DNA of 64,000 bases from Candidatus Hydrogenedentota bacterium (GTDB lineage Bacteria; Hydrogenedentota; Hydrogenedentia; Hydrogenedentales; SLHB01), in assembly GCA_045863295.1 (NCBI GenBank), contig BTWA01000013.1:64001-128000 (forward strand), in the 5' to 3' direction. The notes below the pieces were generated by a model. It saw only the letters and a list, made by a program, of their open reading frames with translations. It did no database searches and was not told where the DNA came from. Of this stretch, positions 39,207 through 48,807 are shown in pieces. Position 1 is the stretch's first letter; every line of letters starts with the position of its first letter. A program made the translations under genes and the position numbers.

Positions 39207-39821
39207 CTACAGAGTGCCCGGCGCGGATCCGTGGAAAAAGCGATCCACTGGATGCCGACGACACCTGGGGCACATGAGCGATCCGTCCGGCGTGCGATTG
39301 CGCGTCGCATCCTGGGCGCAACGCAGACACGCAAGACTCCCGCAAAACGGGCACTTGAGCCCGTAGTCCGCCCGCAAGTCCGGCGCCTCCTGAATCCGCC
39401 CGTCGTACGTGCCCGGCGCCCAGGGGGGCGTCCGCAGGGGTTTACGGCATTCCAGACATACAGCCGACTGTTGTTCCGGGGCCGCCAGATTCACCCCAAT
39501 CCATTCCGGAGGCCGCTTGTCCGTCGCGAAACAATGAATGGCCTGGCAGTGCGGACAAAAGACTTCCGCGAGTTTCCGGCCTGCGGTTTCGGGAATAGAC
39601 CGCACCACCAGACCGACTTCAACTCCGGACATCGGCTTGAGATCAGTCTTGTGGATTATCATGCTGCGGCGGCACAGCGTGCAGGGCATTTCGAGCAATG
39701 CCCCGCCGGGGGCCTCCGGTCCGCGCACGGCACGCCAATCGCGATAGGTGAGGCCAAGCACGATCGCCGTGCCAACCCCGGCAACGACCGACGGCAACGC
39801 CCACACGGGCAGATCTGACAT
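39207..39821 (-). CDS. Membrane-anchored multi-CxxC zinc-finger protein
   Basis: GGAGG RBS before ATG 39821; N-terminal TM; six CxxC motifs. Confidence 0.75.
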   Translation of the reverse strand: MSDLPVWALPSVVAGVGTAIVLGLTYRDWRAVRGPEAPGGALLEMPCTLCRRSMIIHKTDLKPMSGVEVGLVVRSIPETAGRKLAEVFCPHCQAIHCFATDKRPPEWIGVNLAAPEQQSAVCLECRKPLRTPPWAPGTYDGRIQEAPDLRADYGLKCPFCGSLACLRCAQDATRNRTPDGSLMCPRCRRHPVDRFFHGSAPGTL

Positions 39822-39921
39822 TGGACCTCCATCGCCAGTATGGCTGTACATCGAGCGGGCACACGATCCGGCAATACGCAGGTGCTTGTCAAGGGTATGG
39901 TCCAATCGTATACTGGCGATC

Positions 39922-40509
39922 ATGATTACAGTCACAATGCTCGTAGCACACACGATTGTCGCCCAGGTGGCGATGCAACCCCCGCCCATGCCGACGCTGG
40001 AAGGCCCCACATACTTTCTGGAGCTGAATGACGGACGGTCCTTCTACGCATACGAAATCAAGGGTTCGGGCGGGGCCTCCTCGCTGTTTCGCTATCAGCA
40101 GGATGACCCATGGCCCACGTACGCGAATACCGTGAATCTGCGCAAGTCGGATTTCACTTCCTATCCACCCAAGGAGGAGCGCAAGACCGAGCGTGAACGG
40201 CGATGGGCAAAGCGGTATGAGGAGGGTGGATACAAGAAGACACTCGTAAACTCCGGCGAAGTGTGGCTAACCGGAGCCGAAGTGACGTTGGCGGATCGCG
40301 CTCGGGACATGGCCAAAGCCGTGGAAACCCGGATGACCGAGGCCGGCGCACCCTCGGACCCCGCAGCCGGTGACCCGGGGGCTCCCTTGGTCAGCAGTGA
40401 GAAGCCGTCGTTCTTAAAGCAATGGGGCGGACATTTGGCCGTGGCGTTGGGGTCGATCTTTTTAATGGGGCTGGTGATCAAGTTTTTTGTATTGACCGAA
40501 GCCGACTAA
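39922..40509 (+). CDS. Hypothetical protein with N-terminal hydrophobic segment and C-terminal TM anchor
   Basis: ORF fills the gap; C-terminal HLAVALGSIFLMGLVIKFFV; start uncertain. Confidence 0.6.
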   Translation: MITVTMLVAHTIVAQVAMQPPPMPTLEGPTYFLELNDGRSFYAYEIKGSGGASSLFRYQQDDPWPTYANTVNLRKSDFTSYPPKEERKTERERRWAKRYEEGGYKKTLVNSGEVWLTGAEVTLADRARDMAKAVETRMTEAGAPSDPAAGDPGAPLVSSEKPSFLKQWGGHLAVALGSIFLMGLVIKFFVLTEAD

Positions 40510-42242
40510 GCCAGTCCTTCCAGCTGGAATACTTTGACTTCTGCTGCTTTTCCTTTGAGCATCATCGCTCCCATTTCCGCGGCCACAATCGCATCTTTCA
40601 CGATAGAATACGTTCGCTCGCCAATCAGGATTTGTCCGGCTTCCGCTTTGGAGCACAGGCGCGAAGCCGTGTTCACGCTATCGCCGACCACCGTAAACTC
40701 AAGGCGCTCCGGCGAACCCATCAAACCCGCATTGACCTCGCCGGTATCGATGCCAATGCCCATTTCGATGACCGGCCGGCCTTCCTGAGCCCGGATAATG
40801 TTCAATTCCCGGTTACGCTCCATCATCTCCAACGCCGTGCGGACTGCCCTCAATGGATCGTCGGGCCGTTCGAACGGAGAACCGAACACGGCCATGACCG
40901 CGTCTCCGATATACTTGTCCAATGTGCCTTCGTACCGGAAAATGATGTCGGTTGACGCCGTGAAATGTTCATTGAGCATTGCGATGAGTTGTTCGGGCGT
41001 CAGCGTTTCCGTAATCGACGTAAAGCCGCGAATGTCCGTGAACATCGTAGTGACCACGCGTTTCCGCCCGCCCAGTTCCAAGCTGGCGTGTTCGGTCATC
41101 ACTGCTTCCACGATGGACGGCGAAAGGAACCGGCCCAGGTTTGCCCGCGTTTTTTCGGCCTCCACCATGCGTTCGTACAACCGTACGTTTTCGATGGCCA
41201 TGGAGGATTGCGCGGCAAACGATGCAAACAATTCCAGATCTTCTTCCGTGAACGTGTGGGTTGGATTCCGGCTGTCCACATAAATCGATCCGAACACGCG
41301 TTCTTCAATTTTTAACGGAACGGCCATCGCACTGCGTATTTGCTGCATGATGATGCTTTCGCGGCCGGAAAACCGATCGTCGCTTTCCCGATCGCGCATC
41401 AACACGGGTTCCCCGTCCAGAATGGCCCGGCCCGCGATGCCCATGCTCGGTCCCGCCGCCTTCAGATCCTGGCCCATCTTGCGCGCCACATGCACCCGTA
41501 CTTCCTCCGTGCCCTCGTCGCGCAACATCAAGAAGCCCCGTTCCGCGTCCATGACTTCGATGGCCGTATCGAGCACCGCGGCGAGACGTTTGGGTAAGTC
41601 GAAATCGGAGGCGATCAATTTCGTGGCGCGGTACAACGCCTCCAGGCGGCGGTACGCCTTGCTCATCTTGAGCAAATCGTCCTGCGAGAATCCCGAATCC
41701 GCCGAACGGCCTACCGGCTGCGGCGTCTGCCCCATTTTTCCAATCAGCGTCATGCTATTGCCCACGCGCTCCAGGTCTTCCCGGATGCGATCGAGGTCTT
41801 GCACAACCGTGCCATGGATTTGCGAGGAATCGAGATGAACAGCGGGAGCCTGCGGCGCCGCGGCTTTGCGCTTTACAATATCGGTAGGCCGCGCGACCAG
41901 CGGCTTGGCAAGATCGGAGATTCTATCCACCGCAACCGCGCCAGGAGCGACCGGTTCTGCGGAGAAAAATGCGCGGCACTTGCTGCCGAACCAAATCTCG
42001 TCTTTATCGGCGAGCACCCGTTCCACAATGCGTTGCCGGTTGACATACGTGCCATTCAGACTGTTCAAATCCACCAACACGAACTGCTCGCCCCGCATGG
42101 CGAGCTTGGCGTGATGGCGCGACACTTCATCCGCGACCAGAACGACGTCATTGTCGTCCGCGCGGCCGAGATGAACGGGTTTCTCCGCCACCTTGACCGT
42201 GATGGGAGCAACCCCCGGCTGTTCGAGCACAATTTGAGCCAT
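40506..42242 (-). CDS. FHA-GAF-class III adenylate cyclase
   Basis: FHA (LGR, VSRHH, SLNGTYVN), GAF (SAMAVPL, IYVD), cyclase FTDIRGFT, DKYIGDAV, FTVVGDSVNTASRL, LKGK. Confidence 0.92.
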   Translation of the reverse strand: MAQIVLEQPGVAPITVKVAEKPVHLGRADDNDVVLVADEVSRHHAKLAMRGEQFVLVDLNSLNGTYVNRQRIVERVLADKDEIWFGSKCRAFFSAEPVAPGAVAVDRISDLAKPLVARPTDIVKRKAAAPQAPAVHLDSSQIHGTVVQDLDRIREDLERVGNSMTLIGKMGQTPQPVGRSADSGFSQDDLLKMSKAYRRLEALYRATKLIASDFDLPKRLAAVLDTAIEVMDAERGFLMLRDEGTEEVRVHVARKMGQDLKAAGPSMGIAGRAILDGEPVLMRDRESDDRFSGRESIIMQQIRSAMAVPLKIEERVFGSIYVDSRNPTHTFTEEDLELFASFAAQSSMAIENVRLYERMVEAEKTRANLGRFLSPSIVEAVMTEHASLELGGRKRVVTTMFTDIRGFTSITETLTPEQLIAMLNEHFTASTDIIFRYEGTLDKYIGDAVMAVFGSPFERPDDPLRAVRTALEMMERNRELNIIRAQEGRPVIEMGIGIDTGEVNAGLMGSPERLEFTVVGDSVNTASRLCSKAEAGQILIGERTYSIVKDAIVAAEMGAMMLKGKAAEVKVFQLEGLA

Positions 42243-42358
42243 ATCTAAAACATACCCGCCACCTGCCGTTTTACAACACGACGCCCCAGGGAATTCGCCG
42301 CGATCTTAACAAGGCCTTTGTGGCCCGTCAATGGCAGAGAGGTGGCGCATTTTCGGGG

Positions 42359-43816
42359 TTACGCAAGTATGTCGTGCACAACGTGGCCGTGCACGTCCGT
42401 AAGGCGCATGTCGCGTCCGCTGTAACGGAATGTCAATTGGGTATGGTCAAAACCCAGAATGTGGAGCAAAGTCGCATGCAAATCATGGATTTCAACCTTG
42501 TCCGCAATGGCCTTATACCCGTATTCGTCGGTTTCCCCGTAAATGGTCCCGGGCTTAACCCCCGCACCCGCCATCCAAAGCGTAAAACCGAAGGGATTGT
42601 GATCGCGCCCGTCGCTTCCTTGGGCAAAAGGCGTCCTGCCGAACTCCCCTGCCCACAGCACGAGGGTCTCGTCCAAAAGCCCTCGCGACTTTAGGTCCAA
42701 CAGCAGCCCGGCTATCGGCTGGTCCGTCGCCAGCGCATTTTTCCCGTGATTGGCTTCCAGGTTGGAATGCGCATCCCAGCGATCCACGCCATCGATGCGT
42801 GGGCATGTCAATTCAATGAACCGCACCCCACGCTCCAACAGGCGGCGCGCCATCAGACATTGACGGCCATACAGGCGAGTCTGCGGAAACGCCGCTTCCA
42901 TCCCGTAGAGCCGCCGGGTGGCATCGGATTCTCCCGAGAGATCGGTCAATTCCGGAACCGCGGATTGCATCCGAAAGGCCAACTCGTAATTCGCAATCGC
43001 CGCCTCAAGTTGGTCGTCCGCCCCCATCCGCGCGAGGGCAATCGCGTCCAGGTCCTTCATGAGATCCAGCTTGCTCGCCTGTTGCCCGGCGACGGCCTCG
43101 GCGGGCGCTACATTGGCAAGCGCCGGCACTTCATTGCGCAGATACGACGCCTGATAGGCGGCGGGCAGAAACCCCGATCCAAAGTTGTCGTGTCCGCCTG
43201 ACGGGATCAGACCGCCGTGAAGCACAACGAATCCCGGCAAATCCTGGTTCTCGCTGCCAAGACCATAGGTTGCCCACGCGCCCATGCTGGGACGCCCCTG
43301 CAAACCGTGTCCAGTGTGCAGGAAGTAATTCGCGGCATTGTGCTCCGAAAAGTTGGAGACCATGGATCGAACGATGCACAAATCGTCCACGCACCGGGCT
43401 ACGTGCGGGAAGAGGCTGCTTACCGGGATGCCGCTCTCACCGTACTGGCTGAACTCCCACGGGTTGCCATATGTGCTGCCGTTGTTGTCGAACTGCGTGG
43501 GTTCCATCTTCATTGCAAACGGCTGGCCATGCTCGGCGCGCAGCCTAGGCTTGGGATCGAAACTGTCGACCTGAGAAACCCCGCCATCCATGTAAAGGAA
43601 AATGACGTTCTTCGCGCGCGGCGTGTAATGCGGCAACCGCGGCGCCATCGGATGGACGGCGTCCTGGGCCGGCGCACCGTAGGCCTTGTCGCCCAACAGT
43701 GCCGCCAGGGCAATCGCCCCGAATCCGTTCGCGCAGCCCATGAGCATTTCGCGGCGGGACAAGGAGCCCCGCCGGTATCCCGAGCATCCGCGGCAATTGC
43801 GATGCGAGTTAGCCAA
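42359..43816 (-). CDS. DUF1501 Tat-exported protein
   Basis: SRREML, IFLYMDGGVSQVDSFDPKP, WDAHSN, GEFGRTP, GRDHNP, RLTDVHG. Confidence 0.92.
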   Translation of the reverse strand: MANSHRNCRGCSGYRRGSLSRREMLMGCANGFGAIALAALLGDKAYGAPAQDAVHPMAPRLPHYTPRAKNVIFLYMDGGVSQVDSFDPKPRLRAEHGQPFAMKMEPTQFDNNGSTYGNPWEFSQYGESGIPVSSLFPHVARCVDDLCIVRSMVSNFSEHNAANYFLHTGHGLQGRPSMGAWATYGLGSENQDLPGFVVLHGGLIPSGGHDNFGSGFLPAAYQASYLRNEVPALANVAPAEAVAGQQASKLDLMKDLDAIALARMGADDQLEAAIANYELAFRMQSAVPELTDLSGESDATRRLYGMEAAFPQTRLYGRQCLMARRLLERGVRFIELTCPRIDGVDRWDAHSNLEANHGKNALATDQPIAGLLLDLKSRGLLDETLVLWAGEFGRTPFAQGSDGRDHNPFGFTLWMAGAGVKPGTIYGETDEYGYKAIADKVEIHDLHATLLHILGFDHTQLTFRYSGRDMRLTDVHGHVVHDILA

Positions 43817-46800
43817 TGAAGATAAACTCCTTCAAGGTGAACAGCACATGGCAAATATCCGTCCAAACCCGGACGTCTGCCTGCAAACCCCCGTTTCCGT
43901 ACACGACCGCTTGCTGGTCCGCAAACGTACGCGTGCGGGCCAACTCCTGATCGGTGGGATTCCGGCTCAGCGCCTTAACGTAGGCCAATCGTATACGCTC
44001 GTCGGTGTCATCGACGAACTCCACAATCTCCTTTGCCCAAGCCGCCGCCTGCTCCACCACAAAGGGATCGTTCATCAGCATGAGTGCTTGCGCAGGAACA
44101 TTGGAAACATTTCTGCGGCCTTGCGTCGTGTCGGGCACCGGCATGTCGAATGCCTGCAACATGGGCGGCAAATAGTTGCGGCGAATTTCCAGGTAAATGC
44201 TCCTGCGGCGTGCGCCGTCGGCCGGTCCGGACTCCTTGGGGCGCCGATTGCCTTCGACATACGGGGAAATATACGCGGGTATCGAAGGTCCGAATTGGGA
44301 ATTATCCAGAGTACCGGCGACCGCGAGAATGGCGTCGCGCACAGCCTCGCCTTCGAGGCGCCGGCGGTTCATGCGGTGCAACAACACATTATCCGGATCC
44401 TTGTCTTCCGCAGCCATGTAAACGGGATCACTGCTCATCCGGTAGGCGCGTGAAGTCACCACATCCCGAATCAACTGTTTTATGGACCAGCCGTTTTCAC
44501 GAAACCGAATGGCGAGATAGTCCAACAACTCGGGGTGCGAAGGAGTCTGTCCGAGCACGCCAAAGTTGTCGGTGGAAGGAACAATTCCCCGGCCCATCAA
44601 GTGGTGCCAGATGCGATTGGCCATTACCCGCGCAGGGAGCGGATTGGAATCGGCCAGGAGCTGATCAGCCAGAGTCAGCCGTCCGCTGCCTTCGCCGCAC
44701 GGTGGCTGATCCAGTCCCGCAATGGCCTCCAGGAATCGACGGTTAATCGATTCGCCCGTAGTCTTGTAACTGCCCCGCAGCATGAGAGACTCCTCTTGCG
44801 GGGTACCTTCACCAATCGCCAAGGCCCGCGTGTATTGCGGAACTTCGCCCGCGAGTGCGCGTTTGGATGCCACGAAACCGGCGATATTCGGCTCACCATC
44901 AAAAGGAGTCAGCAATCCCAATTCCATGAGGATATTTACAAAATCCACCTGCGACCGCGACGCGGTCCCGTCAAGCCAGTCCTGCATCGCGTTAGCGGCA
45001 ATCGTCGCATATCGGTCCGCCAATTCGCCCATGGATCGCGGGGGAACCGGATTCAACAGTGCGCGCAATACAGGATGCGTCCCATCCGCTTCGGGGATGG
45101 TGTCGCCGAAACGGATTTCGTCGACTGCAATCCAGCCCTCGCCCGGATCGACAATTTCAATGTAGGCGGTGCGGCCCTTGAATTTGCTTAAGCCGTCAAT
45201 CTGATGCAGCCACCGGAACGGCTCGCCGTGCGAAACCGGCAGATATGTGGATTCGAAAAGCAGGTTGCTGAATTTGCGGAGTTCGTATCCCTCAATCACG
45301 ATGCGAATGTAACCACCCCATCCGGCCGCGCGATACTGAATGCAATCGCGATCAATGACAAAATCCTGCGATCGCATTGCGCCTTCAAGCCGCGAGTCTA
45401 TTAGGCCGCTGTGGGCGGCTCCGGACGGCGCCAGCGAGATATGTCCCGCGTTCTCCTCCCATGCGCCTTGAGCACTCGGCGATTCACCGAAAGCGCTACC
45501 GTACACAAACCACCGTTTGAATGACACTGGAGAATCGAAGGTCTCGAAAACCCGATCGGTGCTTGCCGCATCGAGGCGTGCGTGCGTACGCTCGTTGTTG
45601 AAGGCGTCCCTGAAGAAAGACTCGTCCACGTTGGCAACGCGGGACATCTTCCACCAGAGATGCAGCGGATGGGCCGGATCGCCACAGGCCTCCGCTTCCA
45701 GCACTCTGGCCGCGCGAACTAGCGAAGCGGCATCCACGCCAAGTCGCGCCGCTTGGATAGACAGCCCCAAGCCGCTCTTGCGTGATTCCGAAGCCGCCGT
45801 AAGGAGGGAGGACAAGGTATCCTTCGCCGCTAGGGAACGGGCCAACGCCTCGCGCACCCAAGGCTCCGCCGCTAAGTTTGCGTTCTCAATCTGTTTTACC
45901 TTTGATTCGATTTGGCCATGCGGATCGAGATATGCATGCTGTTGACGGGAACTGCGAAGAAATCCTGAAAGCGCGTAATAGTCTTTGGCGGAAATCGCGT
46001 CGAATTTGTGGTCATGACACCGCGCACAAGACACGGTCATGCCAAGGAACGCTTTGGAGAAGACGTCGATCTGATTGTCGATCCGGTCGGTTTGATCGAG
46101 CCGCACATCGACCGGCGCGTGCGTCGCTTGATGCATGAACCAGAAACCCGTAGCCAATATCGACTCATTGATTCCTGTAGCCGGGTCCAAGCGCGGATCG
46201 GGAAGCAAATCGCCCGCAATATGCTCGCGTACCAGACGGTCGTAGGGCACGTCTGCGTTGAACGCCCGTATCACGTAATCCCGGTAGCGCCATGCGTACT
46301 CGATGGGAAAGTCCTGCTCGTGGCCGTACGTTTCCGCATAACGCGTCACATCCAGCCAATGCCGCCCCCATCGTTCTCCGAAGGAAAGTGACGCCAACAA
46401 TCCGTCCACGACGCGCTCGTACGCATCCGGCCGCGTATCGTTCACAAAGGCGTCCACGGCGCCGGGTTCCGGGGGAAGACCGGTCAAATCGAAACTCAGC
46501 CGTCGAATCAGCGTACGTCGATCCGCCTCCGGCGCGGGGGAGAGTCCTTCGTGCTCCAATCGGGCCAGAATGAATCGGTCGATGTCGTTTATGGGCCACG
46601 CTGAATTCTGCACGGACGGTAGCGCGACCGGCAGAATTGGCTGCCATGCCCAGTGTTGTTGCTTCAGTGTCTGCACATCGAAGACGGGTTTTGGATGGGT
46701 GACATCTTGTGGCGCCGGTTCGTCCGGCCAATACGCGCCGTCAGCAATCCACTGCCGGATATCAGCGATTTGATTCTCCGGTAACTTTCCGCTGGGCGGC

Positions 46801-47114
46801 ATTTGCAATGAGACATCGGAATAACTAACTGCAAGCGCAAGGCGACTATTTGCTAGATCGCCAGCGGCCAAGACCGGACCTGTCTCGCCCCCTGATTTCA
46901 AGTAGGAAATGTGATCAAGCCGAAGGCCGGATTTCTGCTTTTCTGGGCCGTGGCAGCCATAGCAATGCGTCGCCAACACGGGCCGAATCCGCGTTTCAAA
47001 AAAGTCGGCCTGAGAATTCGCAAGTGCAGCGGGCATCGCATGCACAAGAATGCATATCCCGGCCAAATTTTGTATACTGGATACGACCGACTTCGCCAGC
47101 ACGTTGACCTCCAA
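43809..47114 (-). CDS. Planctomycete cytochrome c / DUF1549 / DUF1553 (PSCyt1-PSCyt2-PSD1) protein
   Basis: FFETRIRPVL..HCYGCH, ERWGRHWLD, CARCHDHKFD, PSHPELLDYLA, QALMLMN. Confidence 0.92.
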   Translation of the reverse strand: MEVNVLAKSVVSSIQNLAGICILVHAMPAALANSQADFFETRIRPVLATHCYGCHGPEKQKSGLRLDHISYLKSGGETGPVLAAGDLANSRLALAVSYSDVSLQMPPSGKLPENQIADIRQWIADGAYWPDEPAPQDVTHPKPVFDVQTLKQQHWAWQPILPVALPSVQNSAWPINDIDRFILARLEHEGLSPAPEADRRTLIRRLSFDLTGLPPEPGAVDAFVNDTRPDAYERVVDGLLASLSFGERWGRHWLDVTRYAETYGHEQDFPIEYAWRYRDYVIRAFNADVPYDRLVREHIAGDLLPDPRLDPATGINESILATGFWFMHQATHAPVDVRLDQTDRIDNQIDVFSKAFLGMTVSCARCHDHKFDAISAKDYYALSGFLRSSRQQHAYLDPHGQIESKVKQIENANLAAEPWVREALARSLAAKDTLSSLLTAASESRKSGLGLSIQAARLGVDAASLVRAARVLEAEACGDPAHPLHLWWKMSRVANVDESFFRDAFNNERTHARLDAASTDRVFETFDSPVSFKRWFVYGSAFGESPSAQGAWEENAGHISLAPSGAAHSGLIDSRLEGAMRSQDFVIDRDCIQYRAAGWGGYIRIVIEGYELRKFSNLLFESTYLPVSHGEPFRWLHQIDGLSKFKGRTAYIEIVDPGEGWIAVDEIRFGDTIPEADGTHPVLRALLNPVPPRSMGELADRYATIAANAMQDWLDGTASRSQVDFVNILMELGLLTPFDGEPNIAGFVASKRALAGEVPQYTRALAIGEGTPQEESLMLRGSYKTTGESINRRFLEAIAGLDQPPCGEGSGRLTLADQLLADSNPLPARVMANRIWHHLMGRGIVPSTDNFGVLGQTPSHPELLDYLAIRFRENGWSIKQLIRDVVTSRAYRMSSDPVYMAAEDKDPDNVLLHRMNRRRLEGEAVRDAILAVAGTLDNSQFGPSIPAYISPYVEGNRRPKESGPADGARRRSIYLEIRRNYLPPMLQAFDMPVPDTTQGRRNVSNVPAQALMLMNDPFVVEQAAAWAKEIVEFVDDTDERIRLAYVKALSRNPTDQELARTRTFADQQAVVYGNGGLQADVRVWTDICHVLFTLKEFIFIG

Positions 47115-47244
47115 CTGTACCTACCCTGAGCACGCCAACGGCGGAATCACTTAAAGATACTATAGGAACTTTGGAGTAGCTTGCCAATAGTACCCTCCTT
47201 TGGGCGGGCATACCCCGAGCAGGAGCATTTACGAAAGGAATCCC

Positions 47245-48009
47245 ATGGCCGTCAAATGGATTATCACCGACCTGGACGGATGCCTCAATCCCGAGGAATC
47301 CGTGCCGTGGAACGGAGACCTGTTCGGTGAATTTTCCGCGTTGGCGCGAAATGCCGCCGCCGGTCTGGGTTCCATCGCGCCACTCACGATTTGTACGGGG
47401 CGCCCACAACCGTACGTTGAAGTTCTCATGAAGATCTTTGACATTCGCGTCCCCGCGATCTGTGAAAATGGCGCCGTCTTGTATTCACTCCATGACAACC
47501 GGGCATGGTTCGGTCCGGGAGTAACCGAAGAAAAGATTGAAGGCGTCCGTGCCGTACGATCCTTTATCGACACACAAATCCTTCCGGACGAACCAAGGGC
47601 CATCATGCAATTTGGCAAGGAGGCCCAGATTTCGGTGTTCTCCGAACATCCGGCGATCTTTGATGCCATGAAGGCCCGAATTGCAACCTTCGTGCGGGAT
47701 CGCGGAGGTCCTGACCTGCTCATCACGGCTTCACATTTCTATCTGAACATTTCCCTGAAGGGCGTCAACAAGGGCAATGCACTGCGCGCGCTAATCCGGG
47801 AACTGAATGTCACACGCGACGAAATCGCCGGCATAGGAGACACCGAAGGCGATCTCCCCCTGCGCGAAACCGTCGGATTCTTCGCCTGCCCCGCCAACGC
47901 TACCCAGTCCATCAAAGAAGTCGCCGACTACGTCTCGCCGTCTCCCGACATTGCCGGCCTGTTGGACATCCTCAAGCGTCCAGAGATGCAGCGCGCCCGG
48001 AAGGATTGA
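47245..48009 (+). CDS. HAD-superfamily (Cof/IIB-type) hydrolase
   Basis: AAGGA RBS; DLDGC, CTGR, CENG, NKGNAL, GIGDTEGD. Confidence 0.88.
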   Translation: MAVKWIITDLDGCLNPEESVPWNGDLFGEFSALARNAAAGLGSIAPLTICTGRPQPYVEVLMKIFDIRVPAICENGAVLYSLHDNRAWFGPGVTEEKIEGVRAVRSFIDTQILPDEPRAIMQFGKEAQISVFSEHPAIFDAMKARIATFVRDRGGPDLLITASHFYLNISLKGVNKGNALRALIRELNVTRDEIAGIGDTEGDLPLRETVGFFACPANATQSIKEVADYVSPSPDIAGLLDILKRPEMQRARKD

Positions 48010-48143
48010 AGATTGAGAATCGGAGCGAAACCTTCAAATCTGAATCGTATTGTTTGCGAAGCTGGTATTTACCGTTCGGTAGGATTTGGATCTGGAAACA
48101 GTACGGAGGGGAAACGCGAATCAACGTCAAATGGCGGGTGAAA

Positions 48144-48341
48144 TTACGCGGCGCAGTTCGTCTGGACCGATTTCACAACGTCCAGCGTCATGCCCATCAT
48201 GTCCATGGCGTTCAGGTACTTACCGGCGCAGGTCGGGCAATAATTCATGGTCCGTTCGACCTGCTCCTCGCCGTGAATGGTGATGGTGACCCAGCGGTCC
48301 CCTTCGCCATCCGATGCACACATGTCACACGTTCTACTCAT
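48144..48341 (-). CDS. Small zinc-binding protein (65 aa)
   Basis: GGAG RBS; CDMC ... CPTC. Confidence 0.6.
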   Translation of the reverse strand: MSRTCDMCASDGEGDRWVTITIHGEEQVERTMNYCPTCAGKYLNAMDMMGMTLDVVKSVQTNCAA

Positions 48342-48807
48342 CGCTACAACTCCAATTACCGGTCCCAGCCTCGCCTACGGGCTTCAAATCGCTTCAGGAG
48401 AGTTGGACCGCGAATCCCGGGCCTTTGTTACAACACGCGGCAATGCACACGTGAAGACGAGGGACAGGAATTCTCCGCACCCTGCGTAACCGCCAAGTAA
48501 CGCAAGTGCGAACGGACCTCAACTGAAAATACACGCTACGAAACCGATAGGCGGGAAAAGACCTATTCCCGCAAAACCAACCTAACTGTACATCATACGC
48601 CACAAAGCGTAAAGAATCCAGCACCATATGTCCGGCTGAGGGTTTCTGTTGATTCGTCAACGGGCGTTGATCTGGCGCGACGGTGTCTGGCACGATTGGC
48701 CCGTTTTCTCCCGCTTCAGGATAGGCACTTTGTGCACGGGGAAAAGCAGAGAAGCGGAATGGCCGCCAGTGTAAGTTACGCGTTGAACCCGCGAGAGGAC
48801 CTTGCCC

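Noticed and set aside
48006..48500. 164-aa plus-strand ORF after the HAD gene
   Set aside because: No motifs; overlaps the better-supported minus-strand CxxC microprotein
48620..48807. Possible ZTP riboswitch or sigma54 promoter upstream of purH
   Set aside because: No ZTP consensus recognisable by eye; TGGCAC near 48688 lacks the -12 TTGC
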